Below, in pieces: positions 44,064 through 53,903 of a DNA stretch of 58,628 nt. The notes beneath the pieces were generated by a model. The model was given only the letters and a program-made list of their open reading frames with translations. It was not told where the DNA came from and did not search any database. A program made the position numbers and the translations under genes. Where the stretch lies: contig CAYIWH010000001.1 in assembly GCA_964367075.1 (NCBI GenBank), positions 1 through 58,628 on the forward strand. The letters are read 5' to 3'. Position 1 is the first letter of the stretch. Each line of letters starts with the position of its first letter. This DNA comes from an uncultured Candidatus Saccharibacteria bacterium (lineage in GTDB: Bacteria > Patescibacteriota > Minisyncoccia > UBA11713 > 2-01-FULL-45-33).

Positions 44064-44702
44064 ATGGAAAACTCTTATGGCCTTTGGTCGCTTGTTATCA
44101 TAAATTCGTTAATTTTCATTATTTTTGCTTTCAGTTTTACTAAGCCAAAAACACCAAGAGATTGGCGGTCATTCGGTGCATTCTCTGCGTTTCTTGTCGC
44201 TCTGTTTACAGAGATGTACGGCTTTCCTTTAACAATATATTTATTTTCCGGTTGGTTTTCTACAAAATTTCCCGGCACTGATTTTTTTACGCATAATTCC
44301 GGACATTTATTTGAAGATTTTTTTGGCTGGGGCGGGGACCCGCATTTTGGACCATTTCATATTGTGAGCTATATATTGATTATTTATGGATTTATGTTGC
44401 TTTCAAGCGCATGGACGATTCTCTATAAAGCTCAACGCGAGCATGTTCTTGCAACAGATGGTCCTTATGTTCAAATTCGTCATCCTCAATACGCTGGATT
44501 TGTAATTATTATGTTTGGATTTTTCTTACAATGGCCGACGATTCTCACGTTTATTATGTTTCCTATACTTATTTTGATGTATATAAAGCTCGCGCATAGC
44601 GAAGAGTTAGAAGCTAAAAGAGAATTTGGAGAAACATGGAATGTGTATGCCAAACAAACCAACGCGTTTATTCCAAAATTTAAATTACGTCAACATAATT
44701 AA
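44064..44702 (+). CDS. ICMT/PEMT-family membrane methyltransferase
   Basis: ATDGPYVQIRHPQYAGFVIIMFGFFLQ...EE is the isoprenylcysteine carboxyl methyltransferase-like motif. Confidence 0.75.
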   Translation: MENSYGLWSLVIINSLIFIIFAFSFTKPKTPRDWRSFGAFSAFLVALFTEMYGFPLTIYLFSGWFSTKFPGTDFFTHNSGHLFEDFFGWGGDPHFGPFHIVSYILIIYGFMLLSSAWTILYKAQREHVLATDGPYVQIRHPQYAGFVIIMFGFFLQWPTILTFIMFPILILMYIKLAHSEELEAKREFGETWNVYAKQTNAFIPKFKLRQHN

Positions 44703-44732
44703 TTGATATAATTTTAAAATACAAATTGTAAT

Positions 44733-47276
44733 ATGAAAAAAGAAACATATAAAATTTCCGGAATACATTGCGCAAGTTGTACGGGGACAATTGAGCGTGT
44801 GCTTACGAAAACGGCTGGCGTACATTCGGCTTCAGCTAATTTTGCTTCAGAATCGGCGCTAATTGAGTTTGATGAAAATATTATTTCTGAATCGGATCTT
44901 GCAAAAGCGGTCGAATCGGTAGGATACAAGCTTAATATTAATGATACAGTTAAAGAAAAAACAATTAATAATACAGAATTTGAAACAATTTTACTAAAAG
45001 TATTGGGAATGGATTCTCCGCATTGCGCGATGATTGTAGAGGGTGCTATAAAAAAATTATCAGGTATAAAAAATATTGATCTAGATTTTGCAAATCAACG
45101 CGCAAAAATTGTTTTTGATTCTAAACAACTTGCTTTAAGCGAGATTTTTAAAGTAATTATCGACGCTGGCTATAAACCAATTGAAGAAGAAGGCAGGGCA
45201 GAGGAGCTGTTGGACAAAGAAAAAATTGAGCGGGAAAAACAAGTAAAAATTCTAAAAAGAAAACTTATCGGCGGTGGAATTTTATCAATTATCATATTTT
45301 TAGGCAGTTTCCCGGAATGGTTTTCTTTTGTGCCGTTATTTTTAAATAACTATGCCGTTCTTTTTGTTTTAACCACTCCAGTACAATTTTGGGTAGGTTG
45401 GCAATTCTACAGTGGCCTAAAACTTCTTATAAAATACCGCACAGCAGATATGAATACATTGATTTCTATCGGGACTTTGGCGGCATATTTTTATAGCACA
45501 GCAGTTGTACTATTTCCATATTTTTTTACCAAAGGAGGAATTACGCCGACGATATATTTTGATACATCCGCTATTATTATTGTTCTTATTCTTTTGGGAA
45601 AATACTTTGAGGTTTTAATGAAGGGAAGAGCTTCCGAAGCAATCAAAAAACTTATTGGTTTACAGCCAAAAACAGCGAAAATTTTAAGCAATGGGAAGGA
45701 GATTGAAATACCGATTTCTGATGTTGTGGTCGGCGATTTTATTGTAGTAAGGCCGGGAGAAAAAATTCCGGTAGATGGCAAAATTACCGAAGGTGATTCG
45801 GAAATTGATGAATCAATGGTAACCGGCGAATCAATGCCAGTTCACAAAATGGTTGGAAGTATTGTTATTGGTAGTACTGTAAATAAATTTGGAACTTTTA
45901 CCTTTCGAGCTACAAAGGTTGGCAAAGACACCGTGCTTTCGCAAATTATTAAAATGGTAGAAGAAGCACAAGGTTCCAAAGCGCCAATTCAGCGTTTAGC
46001 AGACCTAGTTTCTTCTTACTTCGTTCCAGTAGTATTTGTTATTGCTGTACTGACTTTTGCTATATGGCTTTTTTTTGGCCCTGTGCCGGCATTTAATTTT
46101 GCTCTCATTAATTTTGTCGCTGTTTTAATAATAGCGTGTCCATGTGCGCTAGGTCTTGCTACTCCAATGGCAATTATGGTTTCTTCTGGTAGCGCGGCAA
46201 CAAAAGGAATTTTAATCAAAGACGCTACTTCACTTGAAATTGCGGGCAAACTCAACACAATTATTTTGGATAAGACAGGCACTCTTACTCAAGGAAAGCC
46301 ACAATTGACAGATATTGTGGCGTTTGAAAATGAAAAACAAACAGATGTTATTATTATTGCCGCTTCGCTTGAACAAAGGTCAGAACATCCGCTGGCAAAA
46401 GCAATTTTGCAATATATCGCAAGTCTAGATCAAAAATCATCACATCCTCTTGATAAAGCAGTAATAGATGAGGCAAAAAAAGAAAATATTTCTTTTTATG
46501 CTCTTGATGAATTTAAGGCAATTTCCGGCAAAGGATTGCGCGGATTTTTGCAAATTGACGGTTACAGAAAAGAAGCGTATTTGGGAAATAGAGCCCTTAT
46601 GACAGATATTGGATTGAATGCCTCTTTTTATGAAGATAAAATTAGTAAATTGGAACATGAAGGCAAAACGGTAATGATTTTGGCTGTAGATAAAAAAATT
46701 AAAGGCGCTTTGGCTGTTGCCGATGTGTTAAAAAAAGAATCAGTTGAAATGGTGAGTATTCTTAAAAAAAATAATATTGATGTGTGGATGTTGACGGGAG
46801 ACAATGACAGAACCGCCAAGGCAATCGCGGCGCAGGCTGGTATAGATAATATCATGAGTGAGGTATTACCAGACAAAAAATCAGAAAAAGTGCGAGAGCT
46901 ACAAATGCAGGGTAAAATTGTGGCAATGGTTGGCGATGGTATCAACGACGCGCCTGCGCTTACTCAAGCAAATATAGGTATTGCTATGGGTGAAGGCACT
47001 GATATCGCAATGGAATCAGCCAACATTACTTTAATGAGAGGAGACTTGATGCTTATTCCAGAAGTGATTAAACTTTCAAAAAGAACAATGAGGATAATTA
47101 AACAAAATCTTTTTTGGGCTTTCTTTTATAATTCCGCTTTTATTCCTGTCGCGGCAGGAGTCCTATATCCATTTTTCGGCATTTTGCTTAATCCAATTTT
47201 CGCCGCCGCCGCAATGGCATTTAGCAGTATTAGCGTTGTTTTGAATTCATTGCGATTAAAAAAGATCACAAGATAG
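44733..47276 (+). CDS. copA: Copper-translocating P1B-type ATPase
   Basis: HMA domain [12 protein letters not shown], a second degenerate HMA domain, [21 protein letters not shown] and GDGINDAP. Confidence 0.95.
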   Translation: MKKETYKISGIHCASCTGTIERVLTKTAGVHSASANFASESALIEFDENIISESDLAKAVESVGYKLNINDTVKEKTINNTEFETILLKVLGMDSPHCAMIVEGAIKKLSGIKNIDLDFANQRAKIVFDSKQLALSEIFKVIIDAGYKPIEEEGRAEELLDKEKIEREKQVKILKRKLIGGGILSIIIFLGSFPEWFSFVPLFLNNYAVLFVLTTPVQFWVGWQFYSGLKLLIKYRTADMNTLISIGTLAAYFYSTAVVLFPYFFTKGGITPTIYFDTSAIIIVLILLGKYFEVLMKGRASEAIKKLIGLQPKTAKILSNGKEIEIPISDVVVGDFIVVRPGEKIPVDGKITEGDSEIDESMVTGESMPVHKMVGSIVIGSTVNKFGTFTFRATKVGKDTVLSQIIKMVEEAQGSKAPIQRLADLVSSYFVPVVFVIAVLTFAIWLFFGPVPAFNFALINFVAVLIIACPCALGLATPMAIMVSSGSAATKGILIKDATSLEIAGKLNTIILDKTGTLTQGKPQLTDIVAFENEKQTDVIIIAASLEQRSEHPLAKAILQYIASLDQKSSHPLDKAVIDEAKKENISFYALDEFKAISGKGLRGFLQIDGYRKEAYLGNRALMTDIGLNASFYEDKISKLEHEGKTVMILAVDKKIKGALAVADVLKKESVEMVSILKKNNIDVWMLTGDNDRTAKAIAAQAGIDNIMSEVLPDKKSEKVRELQMQGKIVAMVGDGINDAPALTQANIGIAMGEGTDIAMESANITLMRGDLMLIPEVIKLSKRTMRIIKQNLFWAFFYNSAFIPVAAGVLYPFFGILLNPIFAAAAMAFSSISVVLNSLRLKKITR

Positions 47277-47292
47277 TGTATAATTATTGTAT

Positions 47293-48555
47293 ATGATCAA
47301 AGAAATAATTATTGTTGGCGGAGGGTTTGGGGGTGTGCGCGTTGCTAAAAAGCTTGCAAAATCAAACAATGATATTCACATTACTTTAATTGATAAAAGC
47401 CATTATCATACTTTTTATTCTGATTTATATGAAGTAGCGACAGCAAATCTCGCGGAAACTGTCGCGCATGTGCCTAATGAATTTTATGAACTCAAATCAA
47501 CATCAGCATATCCTCTCGAAAATATATTTTCTAATAATCTAAATGTAACGGTTTTATACGACGAGGTAGTTGGAATAAATTTTCAAAAAAATGAAGTTTT
47601 ATTAAAGTCTGAAGTAACAAAACGATACGATTATTTAGTATTAGGAGCCGGAAGTGAGACAAATTATTATAATATTTCTGGACTTTATGAATGCGTCTTT
47701 CCATTAAAAAGTTTGTGGGACGCAATGTCCATCCGCAACGCGATTGACGAAGTCTTTTTTAATGCCGCCAAAAAATCAACTATTACTATTGTAATCGGAG
47801 GAGGTGGATTTACTGGGTGCGAATTTGCAGGCGAACTTTGTTATTTTGTCAGGCAACTGGCAAAACAGCATGGACATTCGCTGGATGCGATAGGTGTTGT
47901 CATGATCGAAGGATCCACCTCATTATTATCTGGCTTAGACGCTTGGGTCCAAAAAAAGACACGCAAACGGCTGGAAAGCATTGGATTGAAAGTAATGGTT
48001 AATTCTATAATCAAGTCGATTGAGGATCAAACAATTATACTAGATGATGAATCAAAGATCCCGTTTGATATTTTAATTTGGACAGCAGGTGTGCGCGCAA
48101 ACAAATTGACTAGCGGAATTTCAGGACCCAAATTGGAAAAGGTGTCTTGCGTTGTTGTGGACAAATCATTGCGAATTTCCCCCTTTGATAATGTTTTTGG
48201 CGTTGGTGATATGACTTACTGCGTTGACGAAGTTACCGGTAGACCAATGCCTATGACAGCGATGACAGCGCTCGGTCAAGCAAATATTGTTGCCAAAAAT
48301 ATAAAAAATGCCATATCAAAAAAACCACTTAAAACATACAGACCATCTCATTTAGGATTTATTATTCCATTAGGAGGCAAGTTTGGAATTATTGAAAGCC
48401 ACGGATTTCATATCTCTGGGATTATACCTTGGATAGCAAAGCGTCTAGTTGCTATACACTATTGGTCAGGAATTATTGGATTTAAAAAAGCAATTTTGTT
48501 ATCAAAAAATGGAATAAAAATATTTATTCGCAATGATAAGCGAATAAATTCATAA
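47293..48555 (+). CDS. ndh: Type II NADH dehydrogenase-like FAD oxidoreductase
   Basis: IIIVGGGFGGVRVAKKL, IVIGGGGFTGCEFAGEL and GVGDM. TATAAT lies 8 nt upstream of the ATG. Confidence 0.82.
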   Translation: MIKEIIIVGGGFGGVRVAKKLAKSNNDIHITLIDKSHYHTFYSDLYEVATANLAETVAHVPNEFYELKSTSAYPLENIFSNNLNVTVLYDEVVGINFQKNEVLLKSEVTKRYDYLVLGAGSETNYYNISGLYECVFPLKSLWDAMSIRNAIDEVFFNAAKKSTITIVIGGGGFTGCEFAGELCYFVRQLAKQHGHSLDAIGVVMIEGSTSLLSGLDAWVQKKTRKRLESIGLKVMVNSIIKSIEDQTIILDDESKIPFDILIWTAGVRANKLTSGISGPKLEKVSCVVVDKSLRISPFDNVFGVGDMTYCVDEVTGRPMPMTAMTALGQANIVAKNIKNAISKKPLKTYRPSHLGFIIPLGGKFGIIESHGFHISGIIPWIAKRLVAIHYWSGIIGFKKAILLSKNGIKIFIRNDKRINS

Positions 48556-48572
48556 TTAAAATTAATACTCTA

Positions 48573-48600
48573 AATCGGACTTGCGGAGTCCGATTTTATT
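48573..48600 (+). terminator. Rho-independent terminator
   Basis: AATCGGACT-TGCGG-AGTCCGATT followed by TTATTATTT. Confidence 0.65.
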
Positions 48601-48616
48601 ATTTATACTATTATAT

Positions 48617-48931
48617 ATGAAATCTATCAAAAGTATTGATTATGGAATGGTACTTCTGACAAGCCTTATGCCAACTTACGGATCCGGAGATTATTTTAAC
48701 GTGCGGACTATCGCGCGCTCATATAAATTACCAGCGCCATTTTTAGAAAAATTAGCGCAAAGATTTAAACGCGCAGGCATTTTAGAATCGCGGCGCGGAA
48801 TTGGAGGAGGATATTGTTTAGTAAAAAATCCAAACTCAATTTCCATAGAAACGGTAATTTCTGTATTAGATAACAAATATCAATATTGTCCAATAAACCA
48901 CCACTTAGTAACTAAGTCACTAAGTAAATGA
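48617..48931 (+). CDS. Rrf2-family transcriptional regulator
   Basis: A winged helix: IARSYKLPAPFLEKLAQRFKRAGILESRRGIGGGYCL. TATACT lies 7 nt upstream of the ATG. Confidence 0.85.
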   Translation: MKSIKSIDYGMVLLTSLMPTYGSGDYFNVRTIARSYKLPAPFLEKLAQRFKRAGILESRRGIGGGYCLVKNPNSISIETVISVLDNKYQYCPINHHLVTKSLSK

Positions 48932-50235
48932 AAAGAGTATATTTAGATAATGCGGCGGCTACCAAAATGGATCCACGAGTTAGAGAAACAATGAAGCCGT
49001 ATTTTGTTGGCGAATTTGGAAATGCAGGTGGATTATATCAAGAAGGCAGGCGTGCAAAAAAAACACTTGATGATGCAAGAGAATCGATTGCCCGCAATTT
49101 AGGTGCGCGCGCGGAAGAAATTATTTTTACTTCAGGTGGCACAGAGTCAGACAATCTAGCTATTTTTGGTGTTGCGGACGCAGTCCGCCTCGAGTTTTGT
49201 CTAGGAACCTCATTTCACATTATTACCACAAAATTTGAACATCACGCTGTGCTTGAGCCAGTAAAACAGCTTGAAAAAAAAGGATTTAATGTTACATATC
49301 TTGATGTTGGATCAGAAGGAATTATAAATCCAAATGATGTTAGGACGGCTTTGCGGCCAGAGACAATCCTTGTAACCATTATGTATGCCAATAATGAGAT
49401 AGGGACTATACAACCAATTCGAGAAATATCAAAAATTATTAAAGAATATCGAACTCAAAAACACGTAGCTATCTCATCTTCAAGTGGCGGCGAGATAGCC
49501 AAGTGGCCATATTTTCATACCGACGCGTGCCAAGCCTCAGGATATTTGGATACTAATGTAAATAATTTAGGCGTTGACTTGATGACAATTAACGGGTCCA
49601 AAATTTACGGTCCCAAGGGCATTGGTTTGTTGTATAGACGAATGGGTACAAAAATAAAACCAATGATATACGGAGGAAACCAAGAAATGCGTTTACGCGC
49701 TGGCACAGAAAATATTTCATTAATCGTTGGGTTGGCAAAAGCCATCAAAATTGTTCAAGAGGCGCGTATAACAGAAACAAAACGTCTTACCTCATTAAGA
49801 GATTATTTTATTTTTGAACTTCAAAAAAGAATTCCAAAAGTTGTGTTAAATGGACACGCCACAAAAAGGCTTCCAAATAATATCAATGTTTCTATTCTTG
49901 ATATTGAAGGTGAATCGTTGCTTTTATATTGTGACGCCAAGGGTATTTCATTTTCCACTGGGTCCGCGTGCACATCAGATTCGCTTGATCCTTCGCATGT
50001 GATTTTAGCGCTAGGCAAACCATACGAATTTGCACATAGTTCTATGCGTTTTACTCTAGGAAGAGATACCACAAAAGAAGATATTGATTATGTGCTTGCC
50101 AAGCTTCCAACAATTGTTGAACGGTTACGCGTAATTTCTCCGATTAAAATTGATATAAATGCAAAAAGCATATCACACCCTGAAGCGTTCGCTGGGAAAT
50201 TAAAAGGCAAGGCAAAAGGTCGAAATTATAAGTAA
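48928..50235 (+). CDS. Cysteine desulfurase (NifS/IscS class)
   Basis: YLDNAATT-like N-terminus, FTSGGTESDN, the PLP lysine region INGSKIYGPKG, and the active-site SGSACTS. Confidence 0.92.
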   Translation: MKRVYLDNAAATKMDPRVRETMKPYFVGEFGNAGGLYQEGRRAKKTLDDARESIARNLGARAEEIIFTSGGTESDNLAIFGVADAVRLEFCLGTSFHIITTKFEHHAVLEPVKQLEKKGFNVTYLDVGSEGIINPNDVRTALRPETILVTIMYANNEIGTIQPIREISKIIKEYRTQKHVAISSSSGGEIAKWPYFHTDACQASGYLDTNVNNLGVDLMTINGSKIYGPKGIGLLYRRMGTKIKPMIYGGNQEMRLRAGTENISLIVGLAKAIKIVQEARITETKRLTSLRDYFIFELQKRIPKVVLNGHATKRLPNNINVSILDIEGESLLLYCDAKGISFSTGSACTSDSLDPSHVILALGKPYEFAHSSMRFTLGRDTTKEDIDYVLAKLPTIVERLRVISPIKIDINAKSISHPEAFAGKLKGKAKGRNYK

Positions 50236-50242
50236 TACAATT

Positions 50243-50881
50243 ATGGATGTAATAAATCAAAATACTGGTGAAACGTGGTATTATAGCGATATTGTAAAGG
50301 ATCATTTTTTTCGTCCTCGCAATTTATTATTAGAAAAACCAAAAGATGAAAACGAATTTGATGCTCATGGTATGGTCGGGTCTCCTGCGTGTGGAGATAT
50401 GATGGAGATGTGGATGAAGATTGATAAAAATACAGAGCGAATTTCTGAATTGAAATGGAAAACATTTGGATGCGCGTCAGCAATAGCGGCAACAAGTATG
50501 TACTCGGTGATGCTTACTGAAAACGAAGGAATGATGCTGGATGAGGCACTTAAAGTTCGGCCACAAGACGTGATGATACGCCTTGGCGGTCTTCCAAATA
50601 GGAAAATTCACTGTTCTGTTTTGGCTGATAAAGCGTTTCAAAAAACCGCAAATGATTATTTTCGAAAAACTGATCAGTATGATAAGATAATTGTAGATGG
50701 CGCACGAGTGATTGATCCACTACTTAACATTACCGATAAAGATATTGAAGAGGCGGTTTTAGAAGGCTCGCAAACTCTAGAAGAAGTACAAAAAAAGCTC
50801 AAGGTGGGCATTGGTTCACCAGAGCTTGAGACTGAAATTGAACAGCTTATTCGATTTTATATTGAAAAATATTACGGATAA
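50243..50881 (+). CDS. NifU/IscU-type Fe-S cluster scaffold with a C-terminal extension
   Basis: GSPACGDMM, FGCASAIA and HCSVLA are the three scaffold Cys motifs. Confidence 0.88.
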   Translation: MDVINQNTGETWYYSDIVKDHFFRPRNLLLEKPKDENEFDAHGMVGSPACGDMMEMWMKIDKNTERISELKWKTFGCASAIAATSMYSVMLTENEGMMLDEALKVRPQDVMIRLGGLPNRKIHCSVLADKAFQKTANDYFRKTDQYDKIIVDGARVIDPLLNITDKDIEEAVLEGSQTLEEVQKKLKVGIGSPELETEIEQLIRFYIEKYYG

Positions 50882-50882
50882 T

Positions 50883-51026
50883 TTATTTAGAAAGAAGTAT
50901 AGCGCTAGAGATAATATAGGTTATTATTCCTACCAAAATGTAAGCCGTTACACTCCATAAAGGCCAAATGATATATGAACACAAACCAATGCAAATACCA
51001 TCTAATATTGCTACAAAGATTTTCAT
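50883..51026 (-). CDS. Small membrane protein (47 aa, below the ORF-track cutoff)
   Basis: My translation is MKIFVAILDGICIGLCSYIIWPLWSVTAYILVGIITYIISSAILLSK. GGGAG lies 9 nt upstream of the ATG. Confidence 0.4.
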   Translation of the reverse strand: MKIFVAILDGICIGLCSYIIWPLWSVTAYILVGIITYIISSAILLSK

Positions 51027-51092
51027 AAACATTATCTCCCGCTTCTAAAAATAAGCTATCATGTTTTATTTTATAAGTCAATACTTTATTAT

Positions 51093-51344
51093 ATGAGTCA
51101 AATAGAACCAAGCGAAAAACCAAAAAAGAAAATAGGACGAATATTTATTAATCGCGATTTGTGTATTGGTGCGGCAAGTTGTATTGCTGTAGCTCCTGGA
51201 GTATTTCAGCTGGACGGTGAAAATAAAGCAGTCGTAATTGATGAAAATGGAGCTGACCAACAAACAATAATGCTCGCCGCACAATCATGCCCAACTCGCG
51301 CAATTTTTTTGTATGATGAAGAAGGAAAACAAATTTATCCATAA
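51093..51344 (+). CDS. Small [4Fe-4S]/[3Fe-4S] ferredoxin
   Basis: INRDLCIGAASCIAVAP...AAQSCPTRAI. Confidence 0.85.
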   Translation: MSQIEPSEKPKKKIGRIFINRDLCIGAASCIAVAPGVFQLDGENKAVVIDENGADQQTIMLAAQSCPTRAIFLYDEEGKQIYP

Positions 51345-51366
51345 ATTATTAAATTAATAAAATATT

Positions 51367-51966
51367 ATGAAAGAACCAAGACCATTGAAGTATAAGGAGT
51401 TAGAGGGATTATCGGAGAGGCAATTGAAAGAGCACCATGATGTGCTCTATGCGGGGTATGTAAAGAAAGTAAATGAGATTGAGGAAAAATTGAAACAGGT
51501 TGATACATCAACGGCGAATGCAACCTACAGTGATTTGCGTGAGCTAAAAATGGAGGAGACGTTTGCAATTAACGGGGTAAAATTGCACGAAGGATATTTT
51601 GATAATCTTTTTTCTTCGTCAAGCTCGGAAAGAAGTATAGCTGGAAAAATTAAATTATTAATAGATCGCGACTTCGGTTCATATGAAAATTGGGAGAAAG
51701 AATTTAAGGCGATTGGGTTTTGCGCGAGAGGATGGGTTGTTTTGGGATATGATTTGGATGAAAAAAAATTGAAAAATATTTTATGCGATTCTCACAATCA
51801 AGGCGGTGTATGGAATATGGTAGCCCTTTTAATTATGGATGTCTATGAACATGCGTATTTTCTGGATTATGCCACAGGCCGCAAGGCATATATTGAAGCA
51901 TTCTTTAAAAATATTGATTGGAACGAAGTAAATCAGAGAGTTATTTGGTATACTCTCATTGTATAA
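51367..51966 (+). CDS. Fe/Mn superoxide dismutase
   Basis: LKEHHDVLYAGYV...GWVVLG...DVYEHAYFLDY. Confidence 0.88.
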   Translation: MKEPRPLKYKELEGLSERQLKEHHDVLYAGYVKKVNEIEEKLKQVDTSTANATYSDLRELKMEETFAINGVKLHEGYFDNLFSSSSSERSIAGKIKLLIDRDFGSYENWEKEFKAIGFCARGWVVLGYDLDEKKLKNILCDSHNQGGVWNMVALLIMDVYEHAYFLDYATGRKAYIEAFFKNIDWNEVNQRVIWYTLIV

Positions 51967-51970
51967 TATT

Positions 51971-52762
51971 ATGTTTTTTGAAAGATTATTTGGCATCACA
52001 AGTAGTGAGAATACGGAAATGAGACATTCTTCCATTTCTCCAGAATTATTGCCTTCGAGTTCTCCAAAGGAGCGCATACTCTTAGAAAACAAAATAGAAA
52101 AAGCAACGTACCTATTAGGTGGCAGTATTGGTGACGCACAATACGTCAAAATTGAAGGCAATGGTAGCGGTGTTTTTAAACCTCATAGGCGATTCTCAGA
52201 GAAAGATCAAACACAATATATAAATAACGAAAGAGCAGCATATTTAATAGATAGATTTTTGGGGTTTAACTTTGTACCACCAACGGTGATTCGTGAAATT
52301 AACAAAGAAAGAAGAAGTTTGCAAGAGTTTATAGAAGATGCACAAATTGCCGAAAATGTAAAAAAAGGCAAGGTTTCTTCCGAAGAACTAGTTAAGTTGG
52401 ACTTATTTGATCTCATTATTCAAAACGTTGATCGTCATCGCGGTAATTATTTGGTTAAAGAAAATAAAATTTGGGCAATAGATCACGGTTGTACTTTCGA
52501 TGAAAACATGCGTTCACATATTCCGTCTTATTTAGATGGTAAACAGATTCCATACAGTACAGTTGAAAGTTTAAGAAAATTCATTGGATGGAAAGAAGGC
52601 GTTGGCCTCCTTCGTGATTTGCTTTCCGAGCTGTTGCCTAATGCCGATAAGTATATTGCAAGAATTTTTGCAATTGCGGAAGCTGTAGATACAGATAACA
52701 TAATTACTAAAGAAAGATTTGAGGTTGCACTACAAAAACACCAAGAACTATCTTACTACTAA
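51971..52762 (+). CDS. PI3/PI4-kinase-like catalytic domain protein
   Basis: GVFKP, ERAAYLIDRFLGFNFVPPT, the catalytic loop NVDRHRGNYL, and IDHG in place of DFG. Confidence 0.7.
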   Translation: MFFERLFGITSSENTEMRHSSISPELLPSSSPKERILLENKIEKATYLLGGSIGDAQYVKIEGNGSGVFKPHRRFSEKDQTQYINNERAAYLIDRFLGFNFVPPTVIREINKERRSLQEFIEDAQIAENVKKGKVSSEELVKLDLFDLIIQNVDRHRGNYLVKENKIWAIDHGCTFDENMRSHIPSYLDGKQIPYSTVESLRKFIGWKEGVGLLRDLLSELLPNADKYIARIFAIAEAVDTDNIITKERFEVALQKHQELSYY

Positions 52763-52796
52763 GTTGTATCATTTTTATTAAATAAATTATAACAAT

Positions 52797-53060
52797 ATGT
52801 CTTACGTTGAATTTTATAAATTACAAAATGATGGTACACAAAAAGTATTAGCCAAATGTTTTTTGGGACAAGAAAACATTGTAATCTGCGAAGGAGAAGA
52901 TATATTTGTTAAAAATTTAGAAACGAATGGCATCAAGGACTACAATAGCCAAACAGAGGATAAGTTATTTTTTAAGGATGGGATTAAATTTCTTGAGCAG
53001 TTGAAGTTTAATTTTACATCAGGATATCTCAATGCCTCCGATGTAAAAGAAGAATCGTGA
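52797..53060 (+). CDS. Hypothetical protein
   Basis: An 87-aa ORF with no recognisable domain. Confidence 0.45.
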   Translation: MSYVEFYKLQNDGTQKVLAKCFLGQENIVICEGEDIFVKNLETNGIKDYNSQTEDKLFFKDGIKFLEQLKFNFTSGYLNASDVKEES

Positions 53061-53103
53061 TAATTACGCAAACAAGTGGAGAAATTTAGTTCTTTGATTG
53101 ATT

Positions 53104-53127
53104 AAAAAAAACCGCGCAGTGCGCGGG
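53104..53127 (-). terminator. Rho-independent terminator of the lipoprotein gene
   Basis: On the minus strand: CCGCGC-ACT-GCGCGG followed by TTTTTTTT. Confidence 0.7.
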
Positions 53128-53145
53128 ATTCTGAAATTTGAAAAA

Positions 53146-53394
53146 TTATTTATTCTTTATGTGTACCGATGTCACATCCTTTACCATAAAAATTGCGTCG
53201 CCATATTTAAAATAACATCTTAAAGTACAGTTTGGGACAAGCAAAAACAATGAATCGCACACAAGTTTAATGCCACGAGGGCATTCAACAATTTCCTCAT
53301 TTTCTAGTATGATAGTACCGGAATTGGCATTGTGCCACCCAGCACATCCACTTAAAAGAACTAGCAATCCAATAATTACACCACTTTTCTTCAT
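53146..53394 (-). CDS. Small lipoprotein
   Basis: MKKSGVIIGLLVLLSGC has a lipobox. Confidence 0.65.
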   Translation of the reverse strand: MKKSGVIIGLLVLLSGCAGWHNANSGTIILENEEIVECPRGIKLVCDSLFLLVPNCTLRCYFKYGDAIFMVKDVTSVHIKNK

Positions 53395-53442
53395 TTCGTT
53401 CCGCCTCCTTTACCCATTTATATATATAGCATTTAAACTTTT

Positions 53443-53706
53443 ATGAGTCAAGATGAATCCTTCTTCGCTAAAGCTACGAAGGACAAGGCAAAAATTAAAG
53501 CAGTTCTAGAAAAAGAGATAAAGCCAATGCTCGCGATGCATTTGGGGTCTTTGGATTTTATAGATTTTAAGGATGGCATTGTGAAGGTACGATTTCAAGG
53601 TACTTGCAAAGGATGTTCTCTGGCATCTCTCACTTTAAAAGCAGGGATTGAATCAATATTAAAGTCAAAATTTTCAAACATTAAATCAGTAGAAGCAGTT
53701 CAATGA
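53443..53706 (+). CDS. NifU C-terminal-domain (Nfu-type) Fe-S carrier
   Basis: IKPMLAMHLGSLDFIDF...VKVRFQGTCKGCSLASLTLK contains the CxxC motif. Confidence 0.85.
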   Translation: MSQDESFFAKATKDKAKIKAVLEKEIKPMLAMHLGSLDFIDFKDGIVKVRFQGTCKGCSLASLTLKAGIESILKSKFSNIKSVEAVQ

Positions 53707-53715
53707 TTATTGATT

Positions 53716-53823
53716 TTTCATAAACATAGTGAATTTAGAGACTTGCGGAGCGCGACGGCGTGAGCAGGAGTAATTTTTCAGTAAGAAAAATATGCGTGCT
53801 CTAAATTTGCTATGTTTGTGAAA
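53716..53823. repeat. MITE-like, hairpin-forming element with a GC-rich core (copy E2, 108 nt)
   Basis: 25-nt arms TTTCATAAACATAGTGAATTTAGAG/CTCTAAATTTGCTATGTTTGTGAAA. The core GAGACTTGCGGAGCGCGACGGCG is the reverse complement (21 of 23 nt) of 26866-26888. Confidence 0.55.
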
Positions 53824-53903
53824 GATTTAATTTAAAATGCAACCTTTTTATGATATAATATGTTTATAGTATAGTTATTGGCAAATAATTATTTATAAAA
53901 ACT

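Noticed and set aside
50905-51123. A 72-aa minus-strand ORF from the ORF track between nifU and the ferredoxin gene.
   Set aside because: It overlaps the ferredoxin gene start and has no RBS. A different minus-strand frame (50883-51026) gives a cleaner hydrophobic 47-aa ORF with a GGGAG site, and I listed that one instead, at low confidence.
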